Part shown: in pieces, positions 60,101 through 64,000 of the stretch | Layout of the letters: every line of letters starts with the position of its first letter | How positions within the stretch are numbered: position 1 is the first letter of the stretch | Assembly: GCA_001179505.1 (NCBI GenBank) | Contig: CDMY01000688.1 | Coordinates: 1 to 64,000 of the forward strand | Direction: 5' to 3' | From: Vitrella brassicaformis CCMP3155 | Taxonomy: Eukaryota; Protista; Chromerida | Length of the DNA stretch: 64,000 nucleotides | The notes under the pieces: model-generated | What the model was told of the DNA's origin: nothing | Databases searched by the model: none | What the model saw: the letters and a program-made list of their open reading frames with translations, nothing else | Position numbers and translations under genes: made by a program

Positions 60101-63100
60101 GTTGGTGCCTCGCTGCTGCTGCCCTCGGTGGTCTGTTGGTGGATGTAGTAGTGCAGCGATGGGACGAAGTGCGCTCGGTAGGCCTGCTGCACGATGAACG
60201 CCTGCAACGGGGAAGAAGCGGAAGACATCAGTCCCATCGATGGACACCTGCCTGTGCATTGGATTGGCCGGCCTACCATGGCCACATTGAGCCATCTGGC
60301 CGTCTCGCTGAGGAACACCGTGTCCCGCAGCACCGCACTGTAGGCCAGATTCAGCGACTTGAGGGGCTCCACACACGACCGCTCCACGTCCACCCGCTCT
60401 CCAGCCGTGGCCGAGGCATGTCTCCCCCGGCCGCCCGCCACAGACTGCAGCAGGCTGCTCACTGACGCAATGTGGCCCTGCTGCCGCATGGCGGGGATGA
60501 AGGCCAGCGAGAAGGTCTTTGCCGTGAGCCAGAAGAGCTCCGTGATGGGGGCGGGCGGGGGCGCGTCGGCGTGGGTGCGGCGGAGGCGCTCGTCTGTGAG
60601 GGTGAGAAGGGTCTGTGCTGCCTGTGTGGAGATGCGGTCGAGCCGGAGACGGGTGACGCGCTCGTTGCCGGTGGGGTGCTGTCGGACAGGCAGAGGGAAA
60701 AGGCACACTCCACTTCACTTTATCGGGCCTCATGCACTCGAGGGACATCTCACCCTGATCGTGTCGGACAGACGCTTCACATCACCGCTCGCATACCACC
60801 TGAGAGACCAATCCAGCCAGCCATCCATCCATCAGTGTCGTTTGTGTGTGTGTGTGTGTGTGATCTCTGTCTGCTAAAGCAACGACCTACCCGAGTCGGT
60901 TGTTGTGGATGATTGTGTAGAGTGGGTCGACCTTGGACACCAGCCCAGCGACCCCCGTCTGCCCCCTGTTGACCTCGTCCTGCACCAGCCGCATGAAACT
61001 CCACTGCACGTTCAGCAGGCAGCCGGTGGTCGCAGGCATGGTCACCGCCAACACGTCACGAGGCACCGGCGTGGACTCGCCTGCACACACACACACACAC
61101 ACACACACGTGTGGATGTCCCGCTCTCCATCTGTTTGGGTGTCAATGGCTCACGTCTCCATCTGTCCGACACAGCGAATTCTGAGGCATATTGAGATGCG
61201 GCAAGTATGCCCTGCAGCCAGTCGAGGAGCATGGCCTGAGGCGACCCGAACTGGGGGGAGGGTGATGCCGGCGCCGACGAGTGCCACATGGGTCTCAGGA
61301 AGGTGGAGTGGTTGAGGTCCGCCATCTCGGCCAGACGGTTGGACACGAACTGCATGTCGTCGCTGCAGCAACAGTAGGCAATCGTTGAGAACCGCACTCA
61401 TTTGTGTGTGTGTAAAAACCGACCGGAGCCTGGGGCTGTGTGGGTCGAGATACCGCCGTGCAGCCATGCTTTGGTCGTGCACTGCGGCAATCAGACTGAC
61501 GACTCACCTCAAACAGCAGCACACAAGTGAGTGAGTGAGCGATGGAATGAATGCACCAGTGGCCAGACATAGTACATACAAGCGGCTTACGGTCTCAGTG
61601 TCGGCACCCGTGCCATGAGCCACTCCTCTCGGTGCTCTGCCCCAATGCGGCCAATGTCGTGCAGAATCGCAGACAGGAACTCGTCGAGTCGGTGGGCCAC
61701 CTGGGGGATGGCGTCGATCGTGCTGGTGGCGAACAAGGCGCCTGACACACAAGCAAGCGGGCGACAGACAGGGCTGTTGTTGTTCTGTGCGCACCGAATG
61801 TGACGATAGATGTCTTCCTTCCTGTCTCGCCACATCACACATACCAAGTATGCTCCCATATTGGTAGTCGCGCACAGGGCGGCCCTGACGAGGTACTGTC
61901 TTGATGTCGGATATGAAGGAGCTCGCCGCGTGCGGCCCCGCAATCCGAAACACACGCTGCACACAGAGAGAGAATGACACATAACAGGCCCGGCCCGCCC
62001 GGGGTGTGGGTCCCTGGCGTACCTGGAACTGGTGGTAATTGCCGCACTCCCCGGGGAGGCCCCACACGGGATCGCTCGTCGGCCCCAGCTCCAGACGCTG
62101 CTTCGACTGGTCACTCTAAAGACACACAGAGAGATCAACAGCAGCGCCATTTCCCCCACCGCCCGCAATACCTCGTCATCACACTCACCGTGTATGTCAC
62201 GAACTTCTCCGAGAGTGTCTGAAGGATGACGGCCAGCACCCAGCTGCGGTTGATGGCTATGTCGTCGGGGGATGACCCGGTGAGCATCGTGGGCGGCTCT
62301 CCGGCAGGCAGCCGGCTGATGAGTGCACTGAACGTCACCGTGTCGATCTCGCCCGACCGCAGGCAATCGAGCAGGACGTCCGACGCCTGCACACAGACAG
62401 ACAGACACCACACAGATAAGGCCACACGTACTGCGGAGTGGATGAGGTGGTGGCGTTGATACCTCTTGTATGGAGGCCGCTCGTGTGATGACCTCCGCGG
62501 CCGTGCCGAGCAGCAGCTCCTTCCACTCGCGCAGCTTGACCTTCAGACGCGCAGACACACCCCGCACCCTGCACAAGTAACAGCAGTTGGGTGCATTGCA
62601 TGCTGCGCGGAGCGCTGCGTGAGTGAGTGGCGTGTTTACTGGTTCAGCTCTCGCTCCACGGCCCGCAGGATCTTCACCCACGACAACAACTGATTCGTCA
62701 GACTCTACACGGCACGGCAAGAAGGAAAGGGGCACCACACACACAGAGGGCCTTCCACGCCACGTGGTGTCGAGATGACCATGCGTCAGTCACAGAAGTA
62801 CCTTAGAACTGAGATGCGTCTTCATCTCATCGATGGCCCCCTGGTCCAGCTTCCGCATCTCACCGCCAGATGTCGCCGCGATCCCCAGCGTGCGGTACAT
62901 GACCTTCTGCACCATAGCGTCCTCCTCCCTCGCACGATCGGCCTCATCCGTCGACGCCGTCGAGCTCGACCGCAACTCCCGCGACGGCTGCTGCTGCTGC
63001 TGCTGCTGGCTGGTGTCTTGTTCACGCTTGGTGTCGGCTCGGTCCTGCTCGAGTGCCGCCAAGCGGCGGTCTCGCACCTCCTCGTGCGACGGCGGGCGAG

Positions 63101-63549
63101 CTTTGGGAGTCGCCTTGGGGCGAGCGGCACTGGCGGCGCTGCTAGGCTGCTCCTTGGCCGGTGCTGGTGTGGCCTCCTGCTGCTGGGCGGCGGCCTGTTT
63201 GCTGCGGCTTTCGAGACTGTCGAGGCGTCGCTGGCGGATCTCCTGGGCGGAGAGACCGCTCTGAGTGGGCTGGGGTGCCTGACGGGAGGCGTGGGGCTGG
63301 GCTGGTTGGTCAGTCGCCTCCCGGTCTTGGGTGGGCTGCGGTGCCGTGCCACCATGATGTGGGTCGAGTAGCCGCAGTCGCTTGGCACGCACCTCCTCGG
63401 GATCTGCACAGACGCACACACGGTACGGTCCATAGCAGACAGACAGACGGACAGACAGACCCGCACACCGTGACACAACAGTGTGGCGGATGGTGCACCT
63501 TCCCGTGTGGTGGCATGCTGACCTGGTTGTTGGCTCTTCTTGGCGGCAT
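57121..63549 (-). CDS. UFD2: Ubiquitin conjugation factor E4 (UFD2/UBE4-like) U-box ligase with an extra C-terminal ubiquitin-like domain
   Basis: N-terminal EEVRAKRL/QEIRQRRLDSL/EEVRDRRLAAL repeats resemble UBE4B EIRRRRLARL. Core exons include MAAFVRSICQDAISYVEEGLDAI, HPERYGLNIREML and DDRNFRIDTF. U-box exons FIDSLTGEIMKEPRRLPTGTVVD and EDPYKKGG; ends with a Ubl-like segment. Confidence 0.82.
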
Positions 63550-64000
63550 CTTCGCCGCGGTTGCCAAACAGCCAACTCCACATCAAAAATGCGACACAAA
63601 CGGCAACAAGGACTGAGCGGATGAATCGAGCACACACCAAGCACAGAACCGCACGACGCTGCAGTGCTTTCCATGATGCGTGTGTCTGGTTCGTTGCTTA
63701 CACAGCACAGGGAGGTATGCGAACGACGAGAACGCTCCTGGGAACGCGCCTTCCTCCCCTACAGGCGACTCGCTGTGGCTGTCAACGCTGAGATTTGATT
63801 TCCAATACTCATCCACAATAGCTTCCTGACCCATAATCGTGGGGTGTTGGCTTATGCGTTTGGGCTTCTCTCCCGCCCTCCAGCGGTTTCACGGAACCTT
63901 TAATTTGCGATCTTGAACGTGTGAAACAGAGATCTCCAGCCCTCCACGCCACCACTAGAGTGCCTGTGGGACCGGGATTCTTTGCTGTTGTCGTTGATCT

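Noticed and set aside
63583-64000. Short ORF 63583-63834 or an ncRNA at the window end
   Set aside because: No motif, tRNA cloverleaf or snRNA signature was recognised; probably the UFD2 promoter region.

Overview
This is eukaryotic nuclear DNA: GC-rich exons with many short GT-AG introns full of (CA)n/(TG)n/(GTCT)n/(GGAT)n microsatellites. The style and gene content suggest a chromerid alveolate such as Vitrella brassicaformis, which is an inference. Gene models were read by hand, so boundaries are approximate. About 1-22.5 kb is an accessory zone: a cluster of mosaic, partly pseudogenised paralogs that share first exons, internal exon modules and 3' UTRs but carry different cargo (an intronless unknown ~370-aa domain, a pseudokinase fragment, a second unknown domain, a ubiquitin-like exon). 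A long-form glucosamine-6-phosphate deaminase/LmbE-like fusion and a full pseudokinase lie inside this zone. About 22.6-64 kb is a conventional gene array: homoserine dehydrogenase with ACT domain, a 5'-incomplete FAD amine oxidase, a 5'-incomplete fibrinogen-like/PAN protein, an RCC1/coiled-coil protein, a Lys-rich H1-like protein, an SDR, a GH47 mannosidase, a multipass membrane protein, a Na+/H+ exchanger, a TTC12-like TPR/ARM protein, a Rho-N-like protein, an ISP-like PH-fold protein and a UFD2/UBE4 U-box ligase with an extra C-terminal ubiquitin-like domain. There are two 300-N assembly gaps. No rRNA, tRNA, CRISPR array or transposase gene was recognised.
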